64,000 bases of DNA from positions 64,001-128,000 of the forward strand of contig CAWJIM010000023.1 in the NCBI GenBank assembly GCA_963842945.1. Direction: 5' to 3'. Origin of the DNA: an uncultured Gemmatimonadales bacterium. GTDB taxonomy: Bacteria > Gemmatimonadota > Gemmatimonadetes > Gemmatimonadales > GWC2-71-9. Positions 28,596 to 38,567 of the stretch are shown piece after piece. The position numbers were made by a program, and so were the translations under genes. How positions within the stretch are numbered: the first letter of the stretch is position 1; the number at the start of each line of letters is the position of its first letter. Under the pieces are notes generated by a model. That model was not told the DNA's origin and searched no databases. It saw only the letters and a program-made list of their open reading frames with translations.

Positions 28596-29570
28596 TTAGG
28601 CTGGCGGTGATGGCGCAGTCGCGAACCCCGGCGCCCTTTTCCTCCACCCACCAGGAGCCACACCTGTAGCCTTCTTGAAGGCACGGCTGAACGCGGCCTC
28701 CGAGTCGTATCCCACATCTCCGGCGATGGCGGTCATCTTGGCGTCGGTCTGGCTCAGGAGGTTGGCCGCGACCTGCATTCTCCACTGAGTCAGGTACTGC
28801 ATCGGCGGCTGTCCCACCAGCTCGACAAATCGCTTCGCCACACTGGTGCGGGATGAGTTTGCCTCCCGGGCCAGCTCCTCGAGAGTCCAGGCATGCCCCG
28901 GCCGGGCATGAATCAGCGACAACACGCGGCCCACCACCTCGTCCCGCAGTCCGGCCAGCCAGCCGGTCTGTCCCGGCGGCAGCTCCTCCAGATACCGGCG
29001 CAGCAATTCGATGAACATCAACTCCGCCAAGCGGGTGAGCACGCCGTCCGCACCGGGGCGGCCCAGCTGGGCTTCCTTGGTCACCTGGCGGGCAAAGCTG
29101 TCCAGCCAGCCGCTCGACATTCGCCGCACGTGCAGCATGCGGGGCAAGGACGCCAGCAGTGGATTGAACGGCCGATGGTCGCAACCCAGGAAACCGCAGA
29201 CGAATGAGGCGGCCAGAGGCCTGCCCCCGCTGAGGATGACCGTGTCCGGGTAGCGTTTGGGAAAGCTGGTCGTCACGTTGGGTGCGCGAAGATCTCGCCC
29301 ACTCGACATCACGTTTGGATCGCCGTGGGGAAAGACGATAACGTCTCCGGGCAACATTTCGACCGGCTCTTCTCCCATCAGCCGGACGTAGCAGCGGCCT
29401 TCTGTCAGAATGTGGTAGTTAATGAGATGCTCGGAGCGAGGCAGGATCTGGGGCTTCAGCTCTCGGGCGTGGGCCGACTCTACAATCCACGGCTCCGCCG
29501 CCTCGACCGCGTAGAAGTACGCGCCGTCCAGTCGGACCACCCGCAGCAGATCTGAGAGTGTGTCGATGCT
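28596..29570 (-). CDS. AraC-family regulator with N-terminal cupin
   Basis: IDTLSDLLRVVRLDG, PARPGHAW-like WTLEELA, PPMQYLTQWRM, VGYDSEAAFSRAFKK; no clear ATG start. Confidence 0.88.
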   Translation of the reverse strand, partial: SIDTLSDLLRVVRLDGAYFYAVEAAEPWIVESAHARELKPQILPRSEHLINYHILTEGRCYVRLMGEEPVEMLPGDVIVFPHGDPNVMSSGRDLRAPNVTTSFPKRYPDTVILSGGRPLAASFVCGFLGCDHRPFNPLLASLPRMLHVRRMSSGWLDSFARQVTKEAQLGRPGADGVLTRLAELMFIELLRRYLEELPPGQTGWLAGLRDEVVGRVLSLIHARPGHAWTLEELAREANSSRTSVAKRFVELVGQPPMQYLTQWRMQVAANLLSQTDAKMTAIAGDVGYDSEAAFSRAFKKATGVAPGGWRKRAPGFATAPSPPA

Positions 29571-29604
29571 ATCCTCGAAGACAGTCAGTTGGGTACGTCG
29601 AAAG

Positions 29605-30513
29605 TTACCACGGTCGGGTCTCGCCGACCTTCATGATCCAGGCGCGGTCGGGTCCCCATCCCTGCCGGTCAGCCTCCGCGCGAAAGCGGCGGGCCGGCTC
29701 ATCCACGGCTTCGTCCGACAGGTCGAAAGTGCCGAAGTGCATGGCCACAATGGTCCTGGCGCCCACATCTTTCCCGATCTGGAACCCCTCCTCGGGCGTG
29801 GTGTGCACCGGTTTCATCACGGCTGCGGGAAGGTACGCCCCAATCGGGACGGTCGCGAGGTCGAACGGTCCCAGGCGGCTTCCGATCTCCTGGAAGTGGT
29901 CGGGGTATGCCGTATCACCGGCATCGTAGAATCGCCGGGTGTTGCCGCGCACTGCCCAGCCGCACCAGTGCCGCTGGTTCCGGTCCCGAAGCGAGCGGCC
30001 GGAGAAATGACGAGCCGGAACGCAGGTAATCCGCACCCCGTCGAGCTCGGTCTCCTGCCACCACTCCAGCTCGATAGCGTTGCCCCCGGCGCCGCGCACC
30101 CAGTCCGCCAACCCTCGGGGCACCACAAAGGGGACACCGGTCCGCGCAAGCTGCATGACGGTCGGACGGTCGGTATGATCGTAGTGGTCATGGGTGAGCA
30201 GAACGAAGTTCAGCCGGGGAACCGCTTCCAGCGGCAGCCCCGGCGGCACCATGCGCCGCGGACCCATGAACGAGAACGGGCTCGCTCGCTCGGAGAACAC
30301 GGGGTCCGTCATGAAGGCAACGCCATCCATGCGCACCAGGAAGGTCGAGTGCCCGATCCAGGTGAGGCTGGGATCACGAAGAATGGCCGCAGGATCGTAA
30401 GCCATCCGCTCGGCAGCGCCCGATCGCGGTCTCAGGCTTGCCCATATTCTTCTGAGGAAGAACGGCAGGGTGACGCTCAACCCGGGAAGCTCGAATTTCG
30501 AGGGAGGATTCAT
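29605..30513 (-). CDS. MBL-fold metallo-hydrolase, NAPE-PLD/RomA-like
   Basis: TWIGHST, TDPVFSERASP, THDHYDH, PARHFSGR, AGDT, PIGAY, MHFGTF. Confidence 0.9.
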   Translation of the reverse strand: MNPPSKFELPGLSVTLPFFLRRIWASLRPRSGAAERMAYDPAAILRDPSLTWIGHSTFLVRMDGVAFMTDPVFSERASPFSFMGPRRMVPPGLPLEAVPRLNFVLLTHDHYDHTDRPTVMQLARTGVPFVVPRGLADWVRGAGGNAIELEWWQETELDGVRITCVPARHFSGRSLRDRNQRHWCGWAVRGNTRRFYDAGDTAYPDHFQEIGSRLGPFDLATVPIGAYLPAAVMKPVHTTPEEGFQIGKDVGARTIVAMHFGTFDLSDEAVDEPARRFRAEADRQGWGPDRAWIMKVGETRPW

Positions 30514-30527
30514 TGAGGCAATATCAT

Positions 30528-31412
30528 GTGCTCGCGTTGCTGCTGCTGGCGAGCCGGCCGATACTGGCGCAGACGGCTCCAGTCGCCAACGATCCGGTGG
30601 TCAACGATCCAGCTCGCGGTGATACGCTTTTCCCGCCCAACACGGCCGAGCTCTCCTTCCAGAGTCATGGCTCCCGGCTCAACGGCTTCTTCTATCTGGC
30701 CCAAGGCGGAGCTCCCCATCCTACGGTCATTCTGCTGCACGGCTTCCCGGGCAACGAACGCAACCTCGACGTCGCTCAGTCACTTCGCCGGGCAGGGATG
30801 AATGTGCTGTATTTCGACTATCGAGGCTCCTGGGGCAGCGCCGGGACTTTCTCCTTCGCTCATACACTCGAGGATGTGGCGTCGGCCATCGAGTTTGTCC
30901 GGTCGGATTCGAGCGTCAAGGCGTTCCGGGTCGATCCGAAACGGCTGATCCTGCTGGGCCACAGCATGGGAGGCTGGCTGTCGTTGATGGGTGCGGCCGC
31001 GGACTCGTCGATCGCCTGTTCGGTGGCCCTCGACTTCTGGAATGTGGGCGAGGATGGACGTGAGATGATAACCAACCGCGGGGCTGACTCCACCGCCACG
31101 GCTTACATCAAATCAGTCACCGCGCCCGGTGCACCACTCCGCGCCGACGGGCTCGCGCTGGTGGCCGAGATGAAAGCGCACGGGAACGAGTGGGACCCGG
31201 TACGGTCCGCCGGACTCCTCCGTGCGCATCCACTGCTTCTCATCAGTACCACAGCAAACGAGTCGCACCCGCGGCTGGTTGACGCAGTCCGCCAGTCCGG
31301 CGCCAACCTGCTGATGGCGCTGCAGTGGAAGACCGACCATGGGTTCTCGGAGCGCAGGATCCAGCTGGCTCGGACCATCGTGGGGTGGGCGGAGAAACGC
31401 TGCGTGAGGTGA
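30528..31412 (+). CDS. Exported alpha/beta hydrolase
   Basis: LHGFPGNERNLD, YRGSWGS, GHSMGG nucleophile elbow, TDHGFS; start uncertain (30513 TTG or 30528 GTG). Confidence 0.85.
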   Translation: MLALLLLASRPILAQTAPVANDPVVNDPARGDTLFPPNTAELSFQSHGSRLNGFFYLAQGGAPHPTVILLHGFPGNERNLDVAQSLRRAGMNVLYFDYRGSWGSAGTFSFAHTLEDVASAIEFVRSDSSVKAFRVDPKRLILLGHSMGGWLSLMGAAADSSIACSVALDFWNVGEDGREMITNRGADSTATAYIKSVTAPGAPLRADGLALVAEMKAHGNEWDPVRSAGLLRAHPLLLISTTANESHPRLVDAVRQSGANLLMALQWKTDHGFSERRIQLARTIVGWAEKRCVR

Positions 31413-31456
31413 ACCTCGGGCCTGGCCGGGCCTCTAACGCACTTTAGTTCTTCCCT

Positions 31457-31484
31457 GTAAGTCCTTGAAACGCAAAGGACTAAC
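31457..31484. repeat. AT-rich 10-8-10 inverted repeat
   Basis: GTAAGTCCTT gaaacgca AAGGACTAAC, one mismatch; CTGTAAGTC recurs at 31493. Confidence 0.55.
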
Positions 31485-31576
31485 CATCTGTGCTGTAAGT
31501 CACTTCGAACCTCGCTCCAGGTACTTACTTTTGAGCGTCTTCTCATCACAGTCACTATTCTCAACGAGTTGAACTG

Positions 31577-32548
31577 GTGCTCCTGGCCCGGATCTGCTCC
31601 CTACTTCGCTGTGCCCCGCTCCCTCGGCGTCGAGCCGATTGGCGCGGACTCGTGCTGTTGCTTGCGACTGGGTGCGCGGGCAGCGACTTGATGCTGCCCA
31701 GCAGCGGCGGGTCCAACACAGTCATGAGAGTGGTGGCTGGAGACAGTCTGACCGGGCAGGTGGGAGAGCTGCTCGGTCCGGTGGTGGTGGAGGTGACCGA
31801 CTCCGACAGTCAGCCAATCGCCGGGGCCGACGTAGAATTCGTGTTCACGTCCGCCGGCGCGGGCGGTGAGATTCACCCGCCCAGTACCACCACGGACGAG
31901 TCTGGCCGGGCGGAAGCGCAGCTGTTGTTGGGTGACAAGATCGGCGTCCAGACCGGAGAGGCCCGTCTCGTGGTGGACGGCGCGATTGCATCGAAGGCGG
32001 GCTTTGTCGCGGTTGCCACTGGCGCTGATCCCGACAACCGTCCGCCGGAGGCGGATTTCAACTGGCACTGCGACCAGCTGGTCTGCCAGCTCACCGATGC
32101 CAGCAGCGATCCGGACGGCACCGTGAGCGCCTGGAGCTGGCAATTCGGCGACGGAAACGGATCGGATCAGACCAACCCACTGCACGCCTACGTTGCTCCC
32201 GGCACTTATACGGTAACGCTTACCGTCAGCGACAACGGCGGCGCCACCGCTCAGACGTCTACCGACATCGAGGTCTCGGCTGCTCCCCCACCGCCGAGCA
32301 ATGAGCCGCCCCGCGCCGAGTTCGAGGTCCACTGTCACGACCGCTTCTGCAGCTTCGGCGATGAGAGCAGGGACGATGATGGCAACGTGGTGAGCTGGGC
32401 CTGGGACTTCGGCGACGGGCAAAGCTCGGACCAGCGCAGCCCCTTCCACTTCTATGGCGATGAGGGTCACTACGACGTGACCCTCACCGTGACCGACAAC
32501 GATGGTGCATCCGACAGCAAGACCCACACGGTCGACGCCAAGCACTGA
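31577..32548 (+). CDS. Lipoprotein with an Ig-like domain and two PKD domains
   Basis: LLLATGC lipobox; WSWQFGDG...YTVTLTVSDNGG and WAWDFGDG...YDVTLTVTDNDG. Confidence 0.87.
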   Translation: MLLARICSLLRCAPLPRRRADWRGLVLLLATGCAGSDLMLPSSGGSNTVMRVVAGDSLTGQVGELLGPVVVEVTDSDSQPIAGADVEFVFTSAGAGGEIHPPSTTTDESGRAEAQLLLGDKIGVQTGEARLVVDGAIASKAGFVAVATGADPDNRPPEADFNWHCDQLVCQLTDASSDPDGTVSAWSWQFGDGNGSDQTNPLHAYVAPGTYTVTLTVSDNGGATAQTSTDIEVSAAPPPPSNEPPRAEFEVHCHDRFCSFGDESRDDDGNVVSWAWDFGDGQSSDQRSPFHFYGDEGHYDVTLTVTDNDGASDSKTHTVDAKH

Positions 32549-32550
32549 GG

Positions 32551-33605
32551 CTAAGTAGCGAGCTCCCGCCCACTGGATCGCTCCCAGTTCACAAAGAGTA
32601 CGCCACCTGGCGCGTCGAACGGCGCCTCCCCCTTGGCCGGCGTGACCTGCAGCTGCAGCTCGTCGATCTTGTTCTTCGAACAGTCCCAGCAGCTCAGGGC
32701 AAAATCCCCCTCTCGCCGGGTGCGCGAAAGGAGCATCACGTGGACCTGCGCGTTGCTGCTGACCAGGCTGCCGTTCCGGTACAGGTGACCGATTGACCAC
32801 AACGCGACAGCGCTGTTGATCGTCGGGACCAGGGGCGTGTGTACCGTCGTGATCCCATGATAGTAGAGGCCCATGATCACGCCGCCGAATCTGGGATGGT
32901 GGGGCACGTCCTTGGTCTGCACTTGATCGAGCACCAGCTTCCATCGAGCGGCATCTTTCGTGGTGAACTCTGCAATGCCGTTCACCGAGTCCTCCGCCGC
33001 GCCCTTGTCCCAGGCAGTCAAACTGAAGCTTCCCGCTATTGGCGCCACGTTGTTCGAGTACGGGCCTGACTGTGCCTGAGCCTCCAGGGTTGTGCGCTCC
33101 TCGCCGAACGCGGGAAGGACCGAGGCGAGACTATCGGCAAAGGGAAACGGGCCGGGAAGAATCTGAATGACTGTCCCTCCGCCGGCCACCCGGATGGCGT
33201 GAGTCTTGGGATCGTCCTTGGACGAGCGGCCGCCCACCGTGAGGTGAGTCTCCATCCCCAGTTTCTTGTGCGAATCATCTCCCACCGGGCAGTAGACCTC
33301 GTATGAGCCTGGCCTCAGGTTGAGCCGCAGTGTGGCGCTGGAGCCCGGCTGGATGAGCTCGGTCCGCTGCTCGATCCCATTGCCCTCGATCTCGAGCTGA
33401 TGCGGGATGCTGCCCGCATTCTCCACCGTAACGGCCACCGGACCCCCGGCGAGCGTTGCCGGGACAGCTCGACCTTCCACTCTGAGAGGGTGGCGTGCAG
33501 CTGCGCAGTCCTCTCCATCGGCAGTCTCAAATGGGGTACGAACAGTATCGCTCCAACGACAAGGGATGCGGCGCTGGGTAATATGCGGAGGTATCTTCGG
33601 GTCAT
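32551..33605 (-). CDS. Exported cupredoxin-domain protein fused to an unrecognised domain, frameshift near 33460
   Basis: Signal/TM and LSEWKVELS in one frame; next frame gives NAGSIPH...PGSYEVYCPVGDDSHKKLGM (H, C, H, M type-1 Cu pattern) plus about 215 more residues. Confidence 0.75.
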
Positions 33606-33646
33606 ACCGGTCTCCTGCCGAGGTGGAGTTGACGTGCTCGGAACGA

Positions 33647-33702
33647 AGACCGTTGAAATCGGGGGGTTATTCCCGGGAATAGATCGCGCTTGAGCGGAGT
33701 CT
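33647..33702. promoter_or_regulatory. Back-to-back ECF-type promoters, GGAATA-N17-GTCT on both strands
   Basis: Plus strand: GGAATA 33676-33681, GTCT 33699-33702. Minus strand: GGAATA at 33673-33668, GTCT at 33650-33647. Core palindrome TATTCCCGGGAATA. Confidence 0.7.
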
Positions 33703-33739
33703 TATCAGCAGAGCATCCAGGCTGTCAGCCAGGAGGACC

Positions 33740-34273
33740 GTGGAGCCGACCGAGCTGAGACGATTCGAGGCGACTGTGCTGCCGCACCTGGATGCGGCGT
33801 ATACGCTGGCGCGATACCTCCTGCAGAACGAGGAAGACGCGAGGGATGTGGTGCAGGATACTTACCTCCGGGCTCTGAAGTATTTCGGCGGGTTCCGAGG
33901 CACCAGTGCAGGAGAAGGCCGCCCCTGGCTGCTGGCCATCGTCCGCAACACCGCGTTCAGCCGACGGCATCGTGACAGGCACGGAGCCGCGATCACCGAA
34001 TTCGACGAGCAGCTCCACAGTGACGCAGTCGAAAATGTCCACCCCGAATCCGAGCTCCTCGGATCTGATGCCCGCGAATCATTACATCAAGCCATCGATA
34101 ATCTGCCGCTTGAATTCCGTGAGGTCATCATCCTGCGCGAGCTGGAAGGGATGTCGTACAAGGAGATCGGAGAAGTGACCGGGGTACCACTCGGGACGGT
34201 GATGTCCCGCCTGGCCCGCGCCCGAGACCGACTGCAACGGGCACTCTCGGCCGAGCGGAGGGGCGTGCGATGA
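33740..34273 (+). CDS. ECF RNA polymerase sigma factor
   Basis: [62 protein letters not shown]. Confidence 0.93.
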   Translation: MEPTELRRFEATVLPHLDAAYTLARYLLQNEEDARDVVQDTYLRALKYFGGFRGTSAGEGRPWLLAIVRNTAFSRRHRDRHGAAITEFDEQLHSDAVENVHPESELLGSDARESLHQAIDNLPLEFREVIILRELEGMSYKEIGEVTGVPLGTVMSRLARARDRLQRALSAERRGVR

Positions 34274-35049
34274 CCCACGAGGAAATGCAGCTACAGGTCG
34301 ATGCGTATCTGGACGGAGAGCTGGCGTCGCAAGATGCCCGGGAGCTCGAGGCGCATCTCCAGAGATGCGCGGAATGCTCCGCCCGGCGGGACGCCCGAGT
34401 GGCTTTGAGCACCGCAGTCCGGAGAGAGACGCCGCCCCTGAACGCACCCAAGGAGCTGAAGAGCCGTATACGTCAGGCGCTGACCGCGGCCGGCGGAGTT
34501 CAGACCGTCCGCCGGAGACCAGTGCCCCCCGCCTGGCGCTGGGTCGGTCTGGCGGCCTGCCTGGCCGTCGCCGCCCTGGGCGGCTGGCGGGTCGGTGTGC
34601 GTCGAGCGGCGGACACCACGCTCACCGACCAGCTACTCGCGAGCCATGTCAGATCTCTCATGCCGGGTCATCTCACCGACGTAGTCTCATCCGACCAGCA
34701 CACGGTCAAGCCCTGGTTCAATGGCAAGCTGGACTTCTCCCCGCCGGTCCACGATCTCGCCGCGCAGGGGTATCCGCTGGTCGGGGGGCGAATGGATTAT
34801 GTCGCTGGCCGTCCCGTAGCCGCGCTCGTCTATCAGCGGCGGCAGCACGTGATCAACGTCTTCCTGTGGCCTGCAACGCAGGAGGCAGCAGGAGAACGCA
34901 CACCGGTCACCCGGCAGGGGTATCATCTGTTGGGCTGGACCGGCGGCGGCTACGAGTGCTGGGTGGTATCGGATCTCGGCACCGTCCCACTCACCGAGTT
35001 TGCCGGACTCCTGGGCCAACAGGAGGGCGCCGGCCAATGGAAGCCTTAG
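34270..35049 (+). CDS. Transmembrane anti-sigma factor with zinc-binding (ZAS) motif
   Basis: [15 protein letters not shown] (HxxxCxxC), one [23 protein letters not shown]; coupled to the sigma gene. Confidence 0.88.
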   Translation: MTHEEMQLQVDAYLDGELASQDARELEAHLQRCAECSARRDARVALSTAVRRETPPLNAPKELKSRIRQALTAAGGVQTVRRRPVPPAWRWVGLAACLAVAALGGWRVGVRRAADTTLTDQLLASHVRSLMPGHLTDVVSSDQHTVKPWFNGKLDFSPPVHDLAAQGYPLVGGRMDYVAGRPVAALVYQRRQHVINVFLWPATQEAAGERTPVTRQGYHLLGWTGGGYECWVVSDLGTVPLTEFAGLLGQQEGAGQWKP

Positions 35050-35091
35050 AAGATCATCTAGCGTGAGCTGAGGCCGGCAGTTGAGGGCTGA

Positions 35092-36031
35092 TCAGGGGAG
35101 AGCGACGGCACCGTCCGCATGAACCCGGAGCGACGAGCCCGCCTCCGGCGGGGCGACACCAGGAGGTAGCCGCAGGTCGACGCGGTCCAGGCCCACCACA
35201 CCAACCACATGCAGGTGATTGCCCATGTCGATCACCTGTTCGACCTCCACCTCAAAAGGAATCGGGCCGTTCCCAACACGGAGACTGCCCAGCGGAATCG
35301 CGAGGAGCTGTCCGTTTACCGGCAGCACCGTGTAGCCCAGGAGCTCGGCGGTCGCACGATCTGGAGGATGGGCGTATACCGAGCCTTTGATCCCTGCCGC
35401 ACTGACTTCTCCCCCCACCAGCACCACCAGCCTATCGGCCAGGCGAAACGCCTCCTCTCGGTCGTGGGTCACCAGAATGACGGTCGCAGTGAACTTGGCG
35501 AGCAGCTTGGGCAACTCTGCCAGGAGCTGGATTCGCGTGATCCGGTCCACTCCGGACAGCGGCTCATCCAGCAGTGTGACCGGAGCTCGAAGCGCGAGGG
35601 CCCGGGCCAGATTGACTCGCTGAGCCTCGCCTCGAGACAACAGTCGCGCAGAGCCGATCCAGCAGATGGGCCACTCCACAATCCTCGGCCGCCTCTTCCA
35701 AGCGGGTTCTGCGCTCCACTCGCGGGACCTCGCGGAGGCGGAGCGCAAGATCGAGGTTGTCACGCACGGTGCCCCGAAGAAAGACAGCATTCTGAAACGA
35801 CATGCCGACCAGCCGCCAAGCGGGCTCCCGGTCGGCCGGAAGCCCGCCCAATCGTACCTCGCCCCGTGCAGGCCGATCCAGTCCAGCGATCGCGCGGAGC
35901 AGCGTCGTCTTTCCTGAGCCGTTGGGGCCGAACACCGCGGTGATGGTGCCGCGAGGGAATCTCAGTCCTGAGATCTGCAGTACCGTGCGGCCGTTTCTGA
36001 CAAGCTGAAGATTGGTGACCGAGATATCCAT
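35092..36031 (-). CDS. tupC: ABC ATPase, TupC-like, frameshift near 35653
   Basis: GPNGSGKTT in one frame; LSRGEAQRVNLARAL, LLDEP, VTHD in the next. Confidence 0.8.
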
Positions 36032-36702
36032 CAGCCGCGCTGCTGCTGAATGACAGTGAGCCAGATATTCACCCCGAACGCCAGAGCCAGGAGCATGAGC
36101 CCGAGCGCCAGGGCCACTGAGAGATTGCCCCGCCCCGTCTCGGTCACGATGGCCGTGGTGAGCACCCGGGTGCTGCCCCGAAGATTCCCGCCCACCGTCA
36201 TCGAGGCCCCCACCTCGGAGATTACGGCGCCGAACGCCGCCATGATTGCGGCCAGCAGTCCGAGCCGCGCCTCCCCCGCGATGATCCACAGCCGGCGTAT
36301 TCGGCCGGCGCCCAGGGTGTGGAGTAGATCGGGCAGCTCTACCGGGAGCGCCTGGATCGACGCCGCCGCAAACCCGACGACCAGCGGGGTGGCGATCACG
36401 AACTGCGCCAGAATCATCGCTTGCTTGGTGTAAATGAGATCGAGTGAGCCGAATGGCCCGCTTCGGGTGAGCAGCAGCCATACGATCAAACCCACAACCA
36501 CCGGCGGTATTCCCATCCCGGTGTTGACCGCACTCAACAGAACGGTGCGCCCGGGAAATCTCCCACGCGCGAGAGCATAGCCCAGAGGGATTCCCACCAC
36601 CATGGCGAGCAACGATGCCGCGGCGGAAATGGCCAGGGAGCGGAAGATGATCCGATACAGCTCGGTGTCGCCGGTGAGCAGCAGGCGAAACGCTTCCTTC
36701 AT
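36031..36702 (-). CDS. tupB: Tungstate-type ABC permease
   Basis: NTGMGIPPVVVGL, LTRSGPFG, SEVGASMTVGGN, TRVLTTAIVTET. Confidence 0.88.
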   Translation of the reverse strand: MKEAFRLLLTGDTELYRIIFRSLAISAAASLLAMVVGIPLGYALARGRFPGRTVLLSAVNTGMGIPPVVVGLIVWLLLTRSGPFGSLDLIYTKQAMILAQFVIATPLVVGFAAASIQALPVELPDLLHTLGAGRIRRLWIIAGEARLGLLAAIMAAFGAVISEVGASMTVGGNLRGSTRVLTTAIVTETGRGNLSVALALGLMLLALAFGVNIWLTVIQQQRG

Positions 36703-36704
36703 GG

Positions 36705-37533
36705 TCAGGTCACTCCGGCATCGGGCACGAACAGCGGCTGACCGTACTTCTCCCGGCCGAACTGCCCGATCCATTCCTGAGTCTTCGGCTCGATAAGAAA
36801 GCGCACGAAGCGGGAGGCCTCCGTCCGCTTGGCGGTAGGGTGCTTACCGGGATTGACCACATAGGCGTGATACGATGTTCCGCAACTCCGGGTCGCCTTC
36901 CACCAAAGGCACCAGAGTGAGCTTGTCCTTGAACGCGAGGTAGGTGCCCCGATCGGTCAAGGTGTAGGTCTGCCGCTGCTCGGCGACCAGCAGCGTCGCG
37001 CCCATCCCCTGGCCAGTCTCTTCCCGCCTGGGCAGAGAGGAGGGCGAGACGCCCGCTTCCTTCCACAGCGCCAGCTCCTTCTTCTCGGTACCGGATCCGT
37101 CGCCCCGGGAAACGAACGCGCCCGCCGAGGCGATGGCTTTCATCGCCAGGGCGGCCTTCTTCTCTCCTCGCACCCGGGCCGGATCGCTCTTGGGACCGAT
37201 GATGAGAAAGTCGTTGTGCATGATGAGCCGGCCTTCGATCAGGTCGCCGCTCTCGACGTACGCCTTCTCCGCCTCCGGCGCGTGGACCAGCACCGCGTCG
37301 GCGTCTCCTCGCCGCGCCATCTCCAGTGCGGCTCCGGTACCCACGGCGATCGGTTTCACCGAGATGCAGCTTTCCCGCTGGAACATTGGAAGCAGGGAGT
37401 CGAGCAATCCGGTGTCCTGAGTGCTGGTCGTCGTCGCCAGGACGATGTCGCTGCATTTCCCCTGGGCCGACAGCGTAGGGACGGAGAGGAGGGAAAGGAG
37501 CGCAAAGACCGAGCCTAGGAAGGAGCGATTCAT
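36705..37533 (-). CDS. tupA: Tungstate-type ABC substrate-binding protein, frameshift near 36873
   Basis: LATTTSTQDTGLLD, AVGTGAAL, GDADAVLVHAP, FVSRGDGSGT, LTDRGTY; tail YHAYVVNP...GQPLFVP in the shifted frame. Confidence 0.87.
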
Positions 37534-37540
37534 GAGGGCC

Positions 37541-38497
37541 TCAGAAGATGACTTGGGCTTGGGCCAGCGCGAGACTCTTGCGGACTCCCGGCTCGCCCAC
37601 CTCTCGGCTGACGTACTCGAGAGTGAACCGGGTGGCGCGGCCCCAGGGGAAGAGATTGACCGCCGCGGTCCAGGCCCGGTTCTTCAATGTTCCGGTTGGG
37701 GCAATGCCGCCGCGGTCGAACCACTCGTACTTGAGCACCGGCTGAAGCCAGGGACGCAGCGGTGCCGCGGCCAGGGCGTACCAGCCCTGGTCGTCGTCGA
37801 CACCGAGCTCGTCCCGATGCTGGCCGATGTACTCGCCCCGAAGAATGATCCAGGGCGCCTCAATGCTCGCATCCACCCCATATCGAGTGCTGTCGCCGAA
37901 GTAGTGGGCGGCGTTGACCCCCAACAGCAGATAGGGCGCGGGCCGGAATGCCAATCGAGCCACGGCCAGGGCCGAAGAGTCGGTGTTGGCCGTGATGTTC
38001 TGGCCCTCGCCGTTGAAGACGCCGGCCAGGATCAGCCCCCGGCCGCCGAAGGCGTAGTCGGCCATGAGGCCGATGTCGCGCTTGGGCGCCAGCGAGTCCA
38101 CCACCGTCGAGCGGTCGGCGGTCTCGACTTCAGGCAGCGAGGTGATGTACTCGCGGGTGAACGGGGTCTTGAATTGTCCCACCTGGATGCCCAGGGCGTT
38201 GTGGGCCCAGCGCACGTAGGCGTCCTGCAGGGCGACGCTCGCCCTGCCGGTCCCCACGTTGCCGGTACGGAACTCGCCCTGAATCCGCCAGGTCACGTCG
38301 CCAAGGACAGCGCCGGCTGCGGTTAATCGGGCGCGATTGAGAGTTGCGGTGAGGCCCACTTCGTCCTGATACGTCTCCCGGCCCTGGATGTAGCCGCTCA
38401 GCTTGACTGAGGGAGCGGGTGCGCTGGATGTCTGGGCGGAAGCGCGCGATACGAACAGCAAAACCGGCGGCAGGAAGAGCGCGAATCGGGCGAGCAT
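37541..38497 (-). CDS. Outer-membrane porin, OprO/OprP-like
   Basis: Signal peptide; KLSGYIQGR, RARL, LQDAYV, VGQFKTPFTRE, RDIG, GVFNGEG; ends QAQVIF. Confidence 0.75.
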   Translation of the reverse strand: MLARFALFLPPVLLFVSRASAQTSSAPAPSVKLSGYIQGRETYQDEVGLTATLNRARLTAAGAVLGDVTWRIQGEFRTGNVGTGRASVALQDAYVRWAHNALGIQVGQFKTPFTREYITSLPEVETADRSTVVDSLAPKRDIGLMADYAFGGRGLILAGVFNGEGQNITANTDSSALAVARLAFRPAPYLLLGVNAAHYFGDSTRYGVDASIEAPWIILRGEYIGQHRDELGVDDDQGWYALAAAPLRPWLQPVLKYEWFDRGGIAPTGTLKNRAWTAAVNLFPWGRATRFTLEYVSREVGEPGVRKSLALAQAQVIF

Positions 38498-38517
38498 GGG
38501 GCCCCTTTCGTCGAGGA

Positions 38518-38537
38518 GTACGTCGGGCCGAACGTAC
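38518..38537. promoter_or_regulatory. Candidate ModE-type operator
   Basis: Palindrome GTACGT-N8-ACGTAC 20 nt upstream of the porin start. Confidence 0.45.
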
Positions 38538-38567
38538 ACCTTCCCGGAGCGTTAGGCAACGCAGTGC

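Noticed and set aside
23693..30513. Antibiotic-resistance beta-lactamases (serine hydrolase, MBL fold)
   Set aside because: Motifs fit broad hydrolase families and NAPE-PLD/RomA-like proteins; nothing specific to true beta-lactamases.
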